Part shown: positions 52,740 through 64,000 of the stretch, piece by piece | Numbering within the stretch: position 1 is the stretch's first letter | How the letters are laid out: each line of letters begins with the position of its first letter | Notes under the pieces: generated by a model | What the model saw: only the letters and a program-made list of their open reading frames with translations | The model's database searches: none | What the model was told of the DNA's origin: nothing | NCBI RefSeq assembly: GCF_009834535.1 | Contig: NC_045696.1 | Coordinates: 18,912,001 to 18,976,000, forward strand | Origin: Camelus ferus | Lineage: Eukaryota | Reading direction: 5' to 3' | Length of the DNA stretch: 64,000 nucleotides | Program-made: the position numbers and the translations under genes

Positions 52740-55050
52740 GTAAGAATATCAGTAACTTGCAGAATATTATCAACTAATTAATACAAAACAAATCCTTCAA
52801 AAATGGAAGTATATACATTTTTAAAATAATCGCACGTAGACTTCTTCAATTGTTGCTCACAGACTAAGTCAGAAAAGAAAACTCAGTGTATTCCAAAGGA
52901 ACTGGATTACAATTATTCTTTGACATCAGTGAAAATTATCATTCCAGTTGTCTCATAAACTGTGAAATATTGAAATATATTCATAAATAAATAACAGGAC
53001 AAAGATTAAATTAAAATAAAAATCATGAATAATTTATAATTTAAAAACAATATAAATAAAACAGTTCCTATGGGTTGAAGTAGTGGAGTAAATGGAGGCA
53101 GTTTGTACCATAAAAGTAAATATTTGGAAGGTAAATTAGGCAACTATCTCAAAAAGAAAGGGAAAAATGATTGAGCCAAACCAAGAATGTAAAACTAAGA
53201 AAACACTAAATATAACAGCAGAAATGAATTAAATAGAAATAAAAAATATAGAAGATCTACAATACCAAAAGTTGTTTATTTGCTTTGAGTAACAAAGTAG
53301 GTACACTCTGATATATTTGACCAAGAGACAAAACAGAAAATGATACAAATTATGCAAGACAGAAATTTTGAGTATAAATATTTAAAAAAATCAGTGGCTA
53401 TTGTGGAAAAATTAACAAAAATCTTAAAACTAAGTTAAAATTATAATTAAAAGTATTTGAGAAACATAAACCATTTAAAATTAAACAGAAAAAATATATA
53501 TATGTTCCCTCATATATATAAAATATATAAATAATTTTTTAAAGTGTAAATATACTTGTAAACGTATTCTTGTATACATATATTTGAATCTATGTAAATA
53601 TATTCATGTCTACATGTACTTATGAATACACAAAGCAATATACATGAATATATTTCTATAAACATGTATATTTAAATTTTATATATAATGTGATATGTAT
53701 ACATTTCTCTTAAAAACATCTAGTATTAAACAATTTCATAGGAAGTAAGTACTTATCCAACAACATACCATACAGATATAACAATGAAAATTTCACAGAA
53801 AAAAAGATCAATTAGACAGGATAGAAAATGCAGACATATAAGTACAAATGTACAGAATCTTCAGATATGACAGCTTACAATGAACATCAGTCATAAAAAA
53901 GGATAGAATAAAGAATACTATGGCAACTGCAAAACTTATACGGCAAAGAGTTATTGCATAAATTACATGGGTCTTCAATTCTAAGTAGGTTAAAGACTGA
54001 AATGTAAAAAGCAGAAGTATTGGGATAGAAATATAATGTGTTTTTAATACTAGGATATCAATGTATTTCTAAAGCAAAATGATCATAAAACAAAAGGAGT
54101 ACTTGATGTGTTAAAACATTTAAATAAATGTTAGAGTAAAATTATGAACTAATTTTGGAGACACACTGGAGACTGCAAAAGGCATTTTCCAAGCAAACAT
54201 TTCAAAAACTATTGACATTGCAAATATTAATCCTATGAAATATAAAGTAAGTGAGCTCAACAAAAGAAAAAAATGGCCAAGTATATTGTGACCTAGAAAT
54301 TCCCGAGATAAAAACCTAAATTGGTAATAGCAGGCGAAATTTGCACATCATGACAAAGGAGGGAAATGAAAACTACAACCAAAAAATAGCATTTCACACT
54401 GATCTGCTGTTACCTTTCTGCTGTGTACATGTTGCAAGTGTGAATTCTCATGAACTGTGGGAGCGTGAATCATTACAGCAATTTAGGAAAGCAACTTGGC
54501 ATATTTTATAACTTTCATTTCCCAGTTCCTATCACAGTCTCAAAGGGAGATGTACAGTAACAGTATTATTGTAAGCTTGGAAATAGCAAAAAAAAAAAAA
54601 AAAAAAAAAAAAAAGCAATCTAAAGGGATGTTGGGAAAGGAATGGATAAATAGATTATGGTATATTTATATCATATTAATATTCTATGAATGTACCACCA
54701 TCATGCAGAATTAAGAAAGAAGAGCGAGCTAGGTTTGGATACATAAAAATTGATGAATTCTGAAAACCATGAGTGAAAAAAGCAAGTTGTAAAGTGATGT
54801 GTACAGCAAAATTGTTATTTATAGATTATAAAATTACATGTTACAAATGGGAAAAAACTGTGCAAAAGTATAACATCATAGAAGAGTACGTACCCAATAA
54901 ATATAAGACAGTGACTCTATCTCAATAGAGATTAGAAAGTATGGTTTAATATTGACATTTGTTTAAATCTGCATAAATGTTACATTATTGGTTGCTGTTA
55001 TTCTTTGTATATTTGCAAATGTTTCATAAGTTTTCATCTTTAAATATAGA
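52740..55050 (+). mobile_element. Very old fragmented L1 (L1ME-like) with an AT-rich low-complexity insert
   Basis: A-rich degenerate ORF2 motifs plus GAATGGATAAATAGATTATGGTATATTTATA and TGAGTGAAAAAAGCAAGTTG. Confidence 0.65.
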
Positions 55051-57046
55051 AACATTTTAAAGAGAAAGGAATTGCCTTTCTGATAAATAATTACTCTGTT
55101 GAAAGTTTCTTTCAGTTTAGATGTTTATTCAATTAAAGAATTTTTAAGCTCCTCCAATTCATGTTTATAAAATTTTCATGCTTGTTCTTCCTAAGAGTAA
55201 TTTTATTACTTCTAAATAATATCCTTAAAACTTTATACCTTCTTTCAATAAGATTAGACCTTTTAAGTTGGCAATCCATCATAGTCACAATTTTTCTAAC
55301 TCTTATTAGCCCCATCAAATTTTCTAAATTATAAATACATTTTACATTAAGTTTCACAGTATTTACATCTTTTGCAAATTTAATTGTCATGAATGATTTG
55401 TACATACGTTGATTCTAAAAACCTGAAAAGAATGATCATAATATTTTGAGTATGTAAATAATTGTTTATTGTCCCAAGCCATCATTTGTCCAGAATCAAG
55501 TTAGTGCTATGAGTTTCTTTTATAATTTTTCCCTTCCGACCCTCATACACTAGTATATCAATTCTTCTCTTTTTTATGATTATTACAAGAGACATATGAA
55601 CTTTACAATTTTTCTGTACTACTTTTAATTATATTACTTGCTAAATAATGTAACACAGATGACTACTGTGCTAAGCTTTTGTACAGTTGACATGTTGGAT
55701 TTTTTTCTCTCTCTCCTGCTTCAGATATTTTTTTAATTATATCTCATGCCTTCTTCTATCTTAGATTCCTTCTTTTGCTTGCTAGAATACATATATAATG
55801 TTTTTTCCAGACAGTGTATGTCATGTATACATTTTCTTTATATTAGTCCTAAAATTATAAGTGCATTTCTCTCAGAACTTAGAGAGTGTTTTCTAGGAAC
55901 TTCTAGAGTACATTTTTGTTATGAAGAGATCCACTGTCAATCATATATTATTACATTGCTTGGCAGCTTACATATTTACTTTTAAATTACCATCTTGCTT
56001 TTGAATTATGTCTTAATATTTTAAGGCCATTTTTTCTGTTTGTTCCTTTTTTGTCCTTTCCCTGTTTCGTTGCTTATGAAAAAAAAAACTGTCTTGTAAA
56101 ATTTAGGTCTGTTTTTACTTATATGTGAAAGGCTATGTAGATTAATAGAGTTCCTGACTGTGATTTCCATTTCTCTGCTAATTCTCTGCAGTTACGACAT
56201 CTCACTTTCCGCTTGCGTTGTGCCTAGGGCGTTTTCATGATGATTCATTTAAAGGTGTAAATTGGGTCACAGGTAAACAGATGTGTCAAAATGAGTAGAA
56301 TATAGCTCAGGTATCACCTTTCCAGCAGGAAGACGCCAATCCAAGTTAAATCTCTTCATAATTGTCATGCAGTTATTTTCCAGTCTAAACCTAGGGCTAG
56401 CACAAATTTTATTGACAGTTCTTGAGTCACTTACGATTTTGTCAAATCTTGCTTCCCTACGTGGCCATGCAGATTATCCTTCTTTATAAGTTCTGAAATG
56501 AAGCTCTCTCAACTTGAGTTTATTGATCACCTCGTCTCATATTTCTTCTGTTGTTCAAAAAGTCTTGTCTCTGTGCAACCGATGTCACTCATTTTCTGCT
56601 CATTTTGAATGTTTTTCTTTTTGTGTGTAATCATCATATTATGACTGTTTTGACAGAGCAGGAATATAAATCCATTTTATCAATCCATCATTTTTATTTG
56701 GAAATTTATCCTTTTAATTTTATTTTGGAAAAGATCATTAGTATCTTCTGTCAGTTCAAACAATATATATAAATACTTCCAGCTTCTAGGTGAATGGCTA
56801 ACTTTTACCATTATGTTTTATTATTTCTTAATCCAAAATTACACACAGTATTTGATCCATGCGTCTAAGCTTTTGAAGTTCTCCTCATTTATCACATGTT
56901 TGTGACCAGATCATTTCTAATCCAAGAATAAAGATATAAATAGATTAAGTTTTAACAACCAATACATACATATACCAGGTTTTTGGAAAATGATTTATAA
57001 ACCAAAATTATTACTATGACATAGAGATAAGGTTCTAAGTCTGTAT

Positions 57047-57142
57047 GAAATGAGAAATAATTTTTTTAACATTTTTTATTGATTTATAATCATTTTACAA
57101 TGTTGTGTCAAATTCCAGTGTCCAGAAATGAGAAATAATTTT
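57047..57142 (-). mobile_element. ~60-bp extreme L1 3' tail insertion with a perfect 18-bp TSD
   Basis: GAAATGAGAAATAATTTT occurs at 57047-57064 and 57125-57142. The insert's reverse complement is TGGACACTGGAATTTGACACAACATTGTAAAATGATTATAAATCAATAAAAAATGTTAAA. Confidence 0.92.
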
Positions 57143-59235
57143 AACTACTTAAGGTAGCTCTAATTTCTTACAGAAAATGTGGAGAAATCACAGTAAGTAT
57201 TGTAATTTTTCAGACCAATTCCTGTCGTAGAAAAAAATAAATACCAATAGAGCGAAAAGGGTCAGATTTCAATTTCTTGTTCTCAAAGTTAATTGTACAT
57301 GGTTTGCATTAAAAGAAAGCTCATCCTTTATTATAAGCAACATAACCAATGAAACAAATACGGGAAATGCACTAAAAGAAACGTAAGAACTAAAGAAATT
57401 ATTGGTATACATTTTGTTTAGTCACATAATGACTGTGAAGGAAAAAGTATTTTTTGTACATTCTATTCTATATTGAACTCTGGATTTTTTTTTAGCAACC
57501 ATGAATTTGGCTATTATTTCTTCTAAATTAAATTCAAGCTGGGCTTATAGGCATGGTTGAGCAGTGAAATTTCAGTCTGTTATACAGTGGTTAATATATA
57601 TTACTCAGCTATAAATTAAAAATGTGTTGTTTAAATTAAATTAAATCTTCCTTAAAAAAATAAATCTTAGAGTATATCTCTAGTGCCAGCTCGTGAATAC
57701 AGAGAGATAGCATTCCAACATGTTCAACTATTCTAAAAAGTTTTTCTTTGGTTTATCACTGTTAAAATGAATTATGGTTGCATTTACATCTTAGAAAATA
57801 TGTGTTTTGCTTGTTAATGTTATTTTAGAAGTTGAATTTTAAAAATACTCTTACATTGCTTCATTTTTTTACAGAAAGATTTGTTAGTAATCTTATCTTT
57901 CAACATTTAAACCTGTGCTTCCTTTTGGCTTTAAGACTTCAATTGGTTTGCAAAGATGTGATAAATTGATTTTTATTTCTACTTAGAGTATTTAGATTTA
58001 CTGATGACATTTCCTACCTTCTAGTCCCCATTTAGTGATTTCCCTTTGTTCATAGTGGAATGATTTAGAACCCTCTCCTGCAACACTGTGCTCATTTGAG
58101 ATGTTGAGGGGTTAGAAAGCACACTTTAATCCTGATACTTTGGTTTTCCACCAGCACATCACCCCACCCATACATCATTTGCCAAAGCTGAATATTTTTC
58201 ATAACATCGCATTTTAAAGAGAGGATGGCACATTATATTTTTTCTACCTTATTTCTCTTCTGAAGGAAGATATTTAGTTGGAGTTAAAAAATATCTATAT
58301 AAGCTTAGCATTTACTCACACTCCACGTGGTGTTAGTATTTAACCTAACACTTGTCTGATTTTGCCTTATTCATCAAGGTACACATGAGCAGATTCAAGG
58401 GAAACATCAATTTGCAAAGGAAGAATTGCTTTTACTATCCAAAGAATTTAATCACTTACATATTTTCATTTTACTTCAGTTGCTCTTAACTAAAGGCAGT
58501 AGTGTTTTAGGCATATGTTTCAAAATTCTTCTTCCAATACCATTATCTTTTTTTCTTATCTGTCTTACATCTCTGCACTTCTCTCAAAGCAATTGTCGAT
58601 ACTACATCTGACTTTTAACAGCATACTATATAGGTACATTTTGGTCATTTGAAAGAAGTATTCTGACCTCTGTCCCATCTCCGCCAAGAGACTATTGGAG
58701 CCAAATATGTCATGACTTTGATCCCTTCATTTCCTACTGTGGAAAATGCTATCCATTCTTACTTGGAGTAAGGAATTTGGACAGAGTTGACAGCTATCGT
58801 CTGCGGTGGCCAGAACAATCTCAGGGTAACACACGTATGCCATCCAAAAGGACTCCAGCTCCTGAAGTGGTGTTACTGGGCTGGGATGGAAAGCTACCTG
58901 AATCGGCTGATCCTGAGTTACATGTACGGATCTGTAGTCAGGTCAGCCAAAGAAACAGCAACACTTCTTTCACAGGCAGTGATATAGAAAGGGAGCGTGA
59001 TGTCAAAGCTTGGGGGCCTCGAACATTTGAATGTGAGCTCAACTAACAGAAGCCAGGATATGGCTGAGTCTAAGCCATTACGCAGTGTCCTCGTCAACTA
59101 GTGGAAAAGAGTCGAAAGAGGAGTTTATGCCACTAGATGATGTATAAATTCATGGTCGTGACCGGAATACATGGGAGAAAAAACTCTGTAGTCTTTCAGA
59201 TATTATCAGATGCAGGTATGCAGCTTTGTAAAGTC

Positions 59236-59237
<2 letters not shown>

Positions 59238-59309
<72 letters not shown>
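59238..59309. repeat. Perfect (AAT)24 microsatellite
   Basis: Read directly. It accounts for the poly-Ile ORF at 59137. Confidence 0.98.
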
Positions 59310-59899
59310 TCTCTATCTCTATAGATTCTACTAGATTCCCACTAGTACTGAACTTTTCCAGGATCGTCCCTATTCCCTTTGTTACCATTTTATTTTAACG
59401 TGGGTAGAGTTTTTTGCCGTAGGCAGCCTTGTTTACTGCCTACTCGATCTTTTATTGTCCTTAAGGCCAACTGTTCTCCTCTTACATTTGTACAAATTAT
59501 AATAGTGGTCGAAACTACATAGGATATTCTAAATTTAATTCCTATGAACTAGACTCATACACACACCAAGTAGATTAAGTCCTCCTATGTGTTTCTTACT
59601 GTCTTTAAATCTGGTACTATTGTTTTTTTGGAAGATTCTTTTTGCTAAAATAAATCAGTCTTATTATGTGGATACTATTTGTAATTCAATGAGGTACAAT
59701 GCAAAAAATGAAACACACAGCGATGCAGGTCTATTCTCTACTGTATTAGCATTGGCAAAATATTCCATATTATTATTATTTTGCCCCATTTCTAGTTGCT
59801 CTCTCATCTTGTCTCCATCCCAAATTCTTACAGTGTGGCTTTTGAGATTGCTACTCCATATCCAGGAAAGACAGTAATAATTTAAGCTACTATTTTAAA

Positions 59900-60360
59900 C
59901 TAGTGCTGTTCCATTTCACCTAAACTGAAATTTAGCTCTTTTCCAAGGAAGTGTTTTGCCCTGAAACCTTCCCAAATACTATTTTCCTGTTTCCCCTCTC
60001 ATGTAACTCAAGATTGCAAGGTGGGCTCGGTATTGTACTTGCTCACTACTGTTACATCATGACTATCACTCCTTTATCAAATTAAGAAAAAAATAACCTA
60101 TGTCATCCTCTCTACCTACAAAAATCTCTCTGCTACTCCCTCTCGTTTGTTACAGACTTAGGGAAATGGCTTTTTTTGTTTCCACTCCAGGCACAACCAT
60201 CCTGGTAGGTGATGTTCTGTCTATGCGGATGACCATTCTAACACTTAAAAGGAACATCCTCAAATTCTGGTCAACTTACCCACCTGTCCTCCATTTCACA
60301 TTTTGAAAAATTGTGTCACTTAAACTGGGATAACTCATATCAGTCATCACCTAAACTGAA
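59900..60360 (+). mobile_element. L2 ORF2 endonuclease-region fragment
   Basis: TCCACTCCAGGCACAACCATCCTGGTAGGTGAT...GCGGATGACCATTCTAACAC resembles the L2 (I)LGDFN..DDP region. Confidence 0.5.
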
Positions 60361-60647
60361 ACAGTTCTGAGAGTGAAAATTGGTAATAGTCATTATCAGG
60401 AAAACACTAAAAATGAGTAATTTTCTGGACAGTGGGGATATGTAGTCACTCTCTCATTAACTGATGTATCTCCAGATATAATTGATGTTAACATCCCTTC
60501 TATTTGTAAATAATTTCTTATCTTCATTAACTATATAGTACCCAAATAATACATCAAATGAGTATGTCATTTGAATTTAAAAAGACAAAAGGTAACAAAA
60601 ATTTTATAGACATGTAAAAGCTTACTTGGATTATGTAGAAATTTAAA

Positions 60648-60676
60648 TATGTATGTATGTAGGTATGTATGTATGT
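60648..60676. repeat. (TATG)n simple repeat with one interruption
   Basis: Read directly from the sequence. Confidence 0.85.
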
Positions 60677-60751
60677 GTTTATGATTGGGCGTTACTGGAA
60701 TAAATGCATCTGTGTGAACCTGGAGTCACCTGCTACCACTCCATTATCTAG

Positions 60752-62330
60752 TTGTCACTTTTTAACAAGTTTAGAGTGAATATCGGGTCATCATAAAAGC
60801 AAACTTCAGTTGTCCCATGATGAAATAAGATAAGCAACAGTTCAAAGTTAAAGGCTGTCTTTTCAAGTTTTCTTGGTCAATAAACCAAGTTAGCTGTTCC
60901 TACCTACCCTCTGGGTCTGGCTGATGGTGTTTCTATGCCTAACAAGTCCTTCCTGGAACTAATTTCTGTAGCTCTCAAAACTCTGCTAAACAAACATGTT
61001 GTGTTTCTGAGTGATTAAGTGGACCCCAAAGCGGAGTTAGTCTACGCTGACTTAGCTATGTTTTTGTCATCCTGTCGGAGAACTTCTGTTTCCAGGCTGT
61101 AGAATAATGGAAAGGCAAAGATGCTTTCAGAAATAAGGGTAACAGGAAACCAGCCAAAATAGCTTTCCTGACCTCACTTTTCAAACTAGGTGATTTCTAT
61201 GTCAGAAAATCTTCGTAGCACTTCTCAAGCAGCCACAGCTTCATGGTAGGAAGGAACATACTCTAGAAGGCGGGTAGTTTCTTTATAAAGAAGGAGCTGA
61301 ATTTCTTTGCCAAACTTCTGAATCCCCAGAGAGGCCCTTCCCACCCATCACTGGTGTAGCTAAATCTGTAGAAGGGAGACAGTTGACTGTCAATATCATG
61401 GTAAAGTCCATGACACGATCATTGGGGATAGAATGGGTTACATTCCTTGCATGATCGACAGCATAGAGGTTTGTGCCTCACATTTAAATAAAGAGGGAGC
61501 TAAAGTCTAGAAATGAGAAAATTATGTGAAGATTTCTTTGTCCTTTGATTCTGTCACGGCTTGCAAGTTTAATGAGAATCCCCAAACGATCAAACTCCTA
61601 TGCTTTCTGGAGTAATCCCTGGATGGGTGGACTTAGACAGAGATCTGGAAAGCAGCAAGAAATCTGTTGATGCTGGACAAAGTAGACTACATGGAATGAA
61701 CCCATGGGGTGTATTTGAATTGGAAGCCATTGCCAGGGAACTTGAGCACTTGTGGATAAGATAGGGGCAGACACTTCTGCGTGCTGCATCACCATCTCAG
61801 GTGGTAGAGACACCGTTTGTTGTACTTAATAGAAAAGGGCAAACTTAATTATGTGAGTGGTAGGGATGATGCCCATCCAGGGAGTCTGGGAGGTAAATTC
61901 TTCCTCTCCTGCCTCCTGGTTCCTGTGTATCCCCTCTAATTCAAATTAATGATTTCTGCATCTCCGCTTGGCTTTAGTTAATATTTTCACATCAGTACTC
62001 AGCTAGTGGCCAAGCGATGGAGCACCAGGGACTCGTAAATGACATGAAGCATTTCAGTGCTCTGAATTGGGCACACCTTGAAGTTGCCTGTAATTTTCAA
62101 AATGCCACTTGAACTTCTTGGTGTATATACTCTACTGTGCTTTCTGGAGTACATATATGTATTGTCTAGATTTTAAAAAGGATAATGCAGCTATAATTCT
62201 TTTTTAAGTTAATTTTTTCGTATCAGCTTTAGATTTAACAATATAGCATGGAAACAAGGTAAATTCTAGCTGTGGGTTGGGAGGATCACAATGTTGACAA
62301 TGCATTCAATGATAACAATATACCTTTAAT
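60752..62330 (+). pseudogene. PGK1: Processed pseudogene of phosphoglycerate kinase 1 (near-complete CDS plus 3'UTR)
   Basis: Colinear intronless matches: TTGTCACTTTTTAACAAG (MSLSNK, ATG lost) at 60752, VILSENFCFQAVE*WKGKDA at 61066, *KAGSFFIKKELNFFAK at 61264, GWVDLD at 61621, WNEPMG/VFELEAIAR at 61692 and CITISGGRDT at 61785. PGK1 3'UTR motifs follow (TTTCTGCATCTCC, CAGCTAGTGGCCAAG, AGCATGGAAACAAG). Many stops and frameshifts. Confidence 0.93.
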
Positions 62331-64000
62331 GATAATTAAAAATTACTTTAAAGTAAATTATCTATGTACTAACATGTGATTTATTTACCAAAAAAAGTGA
62401 TAATAATTAGTAGTCAAAAGACTTAAAACTAAAATAACATTTTATAGAGAAAGTCTTTTTTCACTATCTGTATGACCCTGGCTAGTGATGATGACTACAA
62501 TCTTACCTGAATAATTATTGTCAGTAAACCTTCATTTATTTCTTTTAGGAATCAACTTTATTACTTCCATTATATTATATTTTTAGATTTTAATATAGCC
62601 ATAATGCTGTCATTATCACTGGTAGCTTCCTTTTATTCATTAATGAAAGAAACCTGTTGTTTCAAATTAGAACACTAATGGAGATGTTATTTGCATAGGC
62701 AGAGTGAAGGAGTGATTAGATTAATCAAAATTCTCTGATTAGGAGAATACGTCCTAGTTTCAGTCCATGGTAATTACTCAGAAGCCATCATATTACATGA
62801 TATTTTAATTGAAAATTTTGTTGCCTGTGTTTTCTCAGCTTCTTCACTTCCTATATTGCATCTTTGCTGCTTTATTTTATGCATATTCTGAATTATTTCT
62901 GTCTCTGAATTGTTCAAGCAATGAATCTGTGTTTATACATAACCTCAAGTAATTTGACATATGCTTATTAAAATTAAATGCATTTCTAAAAAGTTTTTGA
63001 CCCAGCAGAAATACATGAAAATACACATAGAATAATTCTAATTATGAAAAATCATGACAATTTTGAAGAAAAACAATGGAACAAAGTATTGAAATCATCA
63101 GACTCAGAAGAATAAATGACAAGTAAATTTGCACTTTTCAATAATTAATTTGCTCGTTAGAATAACCTTAGAAATTAATAAAATTGTTTAAGGTAGAAAA
63201 CCCAGAAATATTTGAAAATTGTTCAAATGTAGCAAATACAAGCATTTAAAGGCTACATTCTGACAGCTATTCCTCAGATTTCTGTCTTTTAACTTGAAAA
63301 TCGAGAGTAATACTTGTGTTTAGATGAATCTATATGTGAATGAATGTTTCAAATTGAATTTATAATTTAAGACTTACCTTTATATTAAAATTTTATCTTT
63401 CATAATTCATTCATTCTACAAATCCTTTCTGATATTTACGTAAGAAAAAGATGATAGAATTTTTTTCCAAGGAAATCTTATAATTTTGGACCATTTGGAA
63501 TACAATAAAATGTAACCACTGCTCTGTGTAACTCATTTACTCAAATACATATATACACATAATGTTAATTTCAAGAAAAGCAAACAGAAAAGTTGTAAAA
63601 CAGAGAATCTTTACAAACATAAGGCCATAGAAGCAGCCCTCAATCAATGATGGAGAATAATTCTTGGTGGATGAACATTCCAGTTTTCTTTCTCACCCTG
63701 TGCCTTTCTAGATAGTACATTTTAATAAAGTGGTTGTAGAACAGGTCAAAATCAAAACATATTTCATAGTAAAAAAGCTGAGATGAAGGGATATTTAAGG
63801 AAGACTTTTTTTTGAGTAGTTTAATAGATTATAAAGACACCTGACAGAAGTATTGAGATTTTATAATTTTCTTTCTTTTATAAGTGAATTTGCTTCAAAT
63901 TAATAGGATAAATGAAAATTTTATATAAATAAAATTCAACACCAAAGAGCAACAGATTTGAGATAAACATTTGTGTAATGTAGAAAAAAAGTATAACTAA

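Noticed and set aside
58018..58077. 60-nt minus-strand exon candidate, phase-compatible with the 36338 exon
   Set aside because: The acceptor lacks a polypyrimidine tract and the peptide is unrecognisable.
59137..59334. Poly-isoleucine membrane protein ORF
   Set aside because: Artefact of the (AAT)24 microsatellite.
402..61813. The supplied 60-124 aa ORFs as genes
   Set aside because: They are short, many start at GTG/TTG, and they are compositionally random or lie in L1, LTR or Tigger sequence. Only L1 ORF2 remnants are recognisable.
60752..61905. Functional PGK2-like retrogene
   Set aside because: The start codon is lost, there are in-frame stops (e.g. 61105, 61264), multiple frameshifts and deletions.
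1..64000. CRISPR array, operon, rRNA/tRNA or other prokaryote-type system
   Set aside because: The sequence is mammalian. I saw no regularly spaced repeat-spacer array or structured RNA gene.

Overview
AT-rich, repeat-dense eutherian mammal DNA. It is probably camelid: the youngest L1 tail resembles alpaca/camel L1 as I recall it, and I see no Alu, BovB/Bov-tA, CAN or PRE1 SINEs. About half the window is transposon debris: L1 of several ages on both strands, L2, MIR, MaLR/ERV1/ERVL LTRs, and Tigger and Charlie DNA transposons. No supplied ORF is a credible intact gene. The clearest non-repeat feature, which the ORF track misses, is an ancient intronless, heavily decayed PGK1 processed pseudogene (~60750-62330, +) with its 3'UTR. 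Other observations: three phase-compatible minus-strand exon candidates that could be the 3' end of an unidentified host gene; a CpG-retaining patch with back-to-back GTAAGT donors and a 77-nt intron-like segment; an ERVL dUTPase fossil; two solo LTRs with intact 4-bp TSDs; and a very young ~60-bp L1 insertion with a perfect 18-bp TSD. I found no prokaryotic-type system (CRISPR, operon) and cannot support a claim of a new biological system. Repeat subfamily names come from recalled consensus sequences, not a search, and boundaries without TSDs are approximate.
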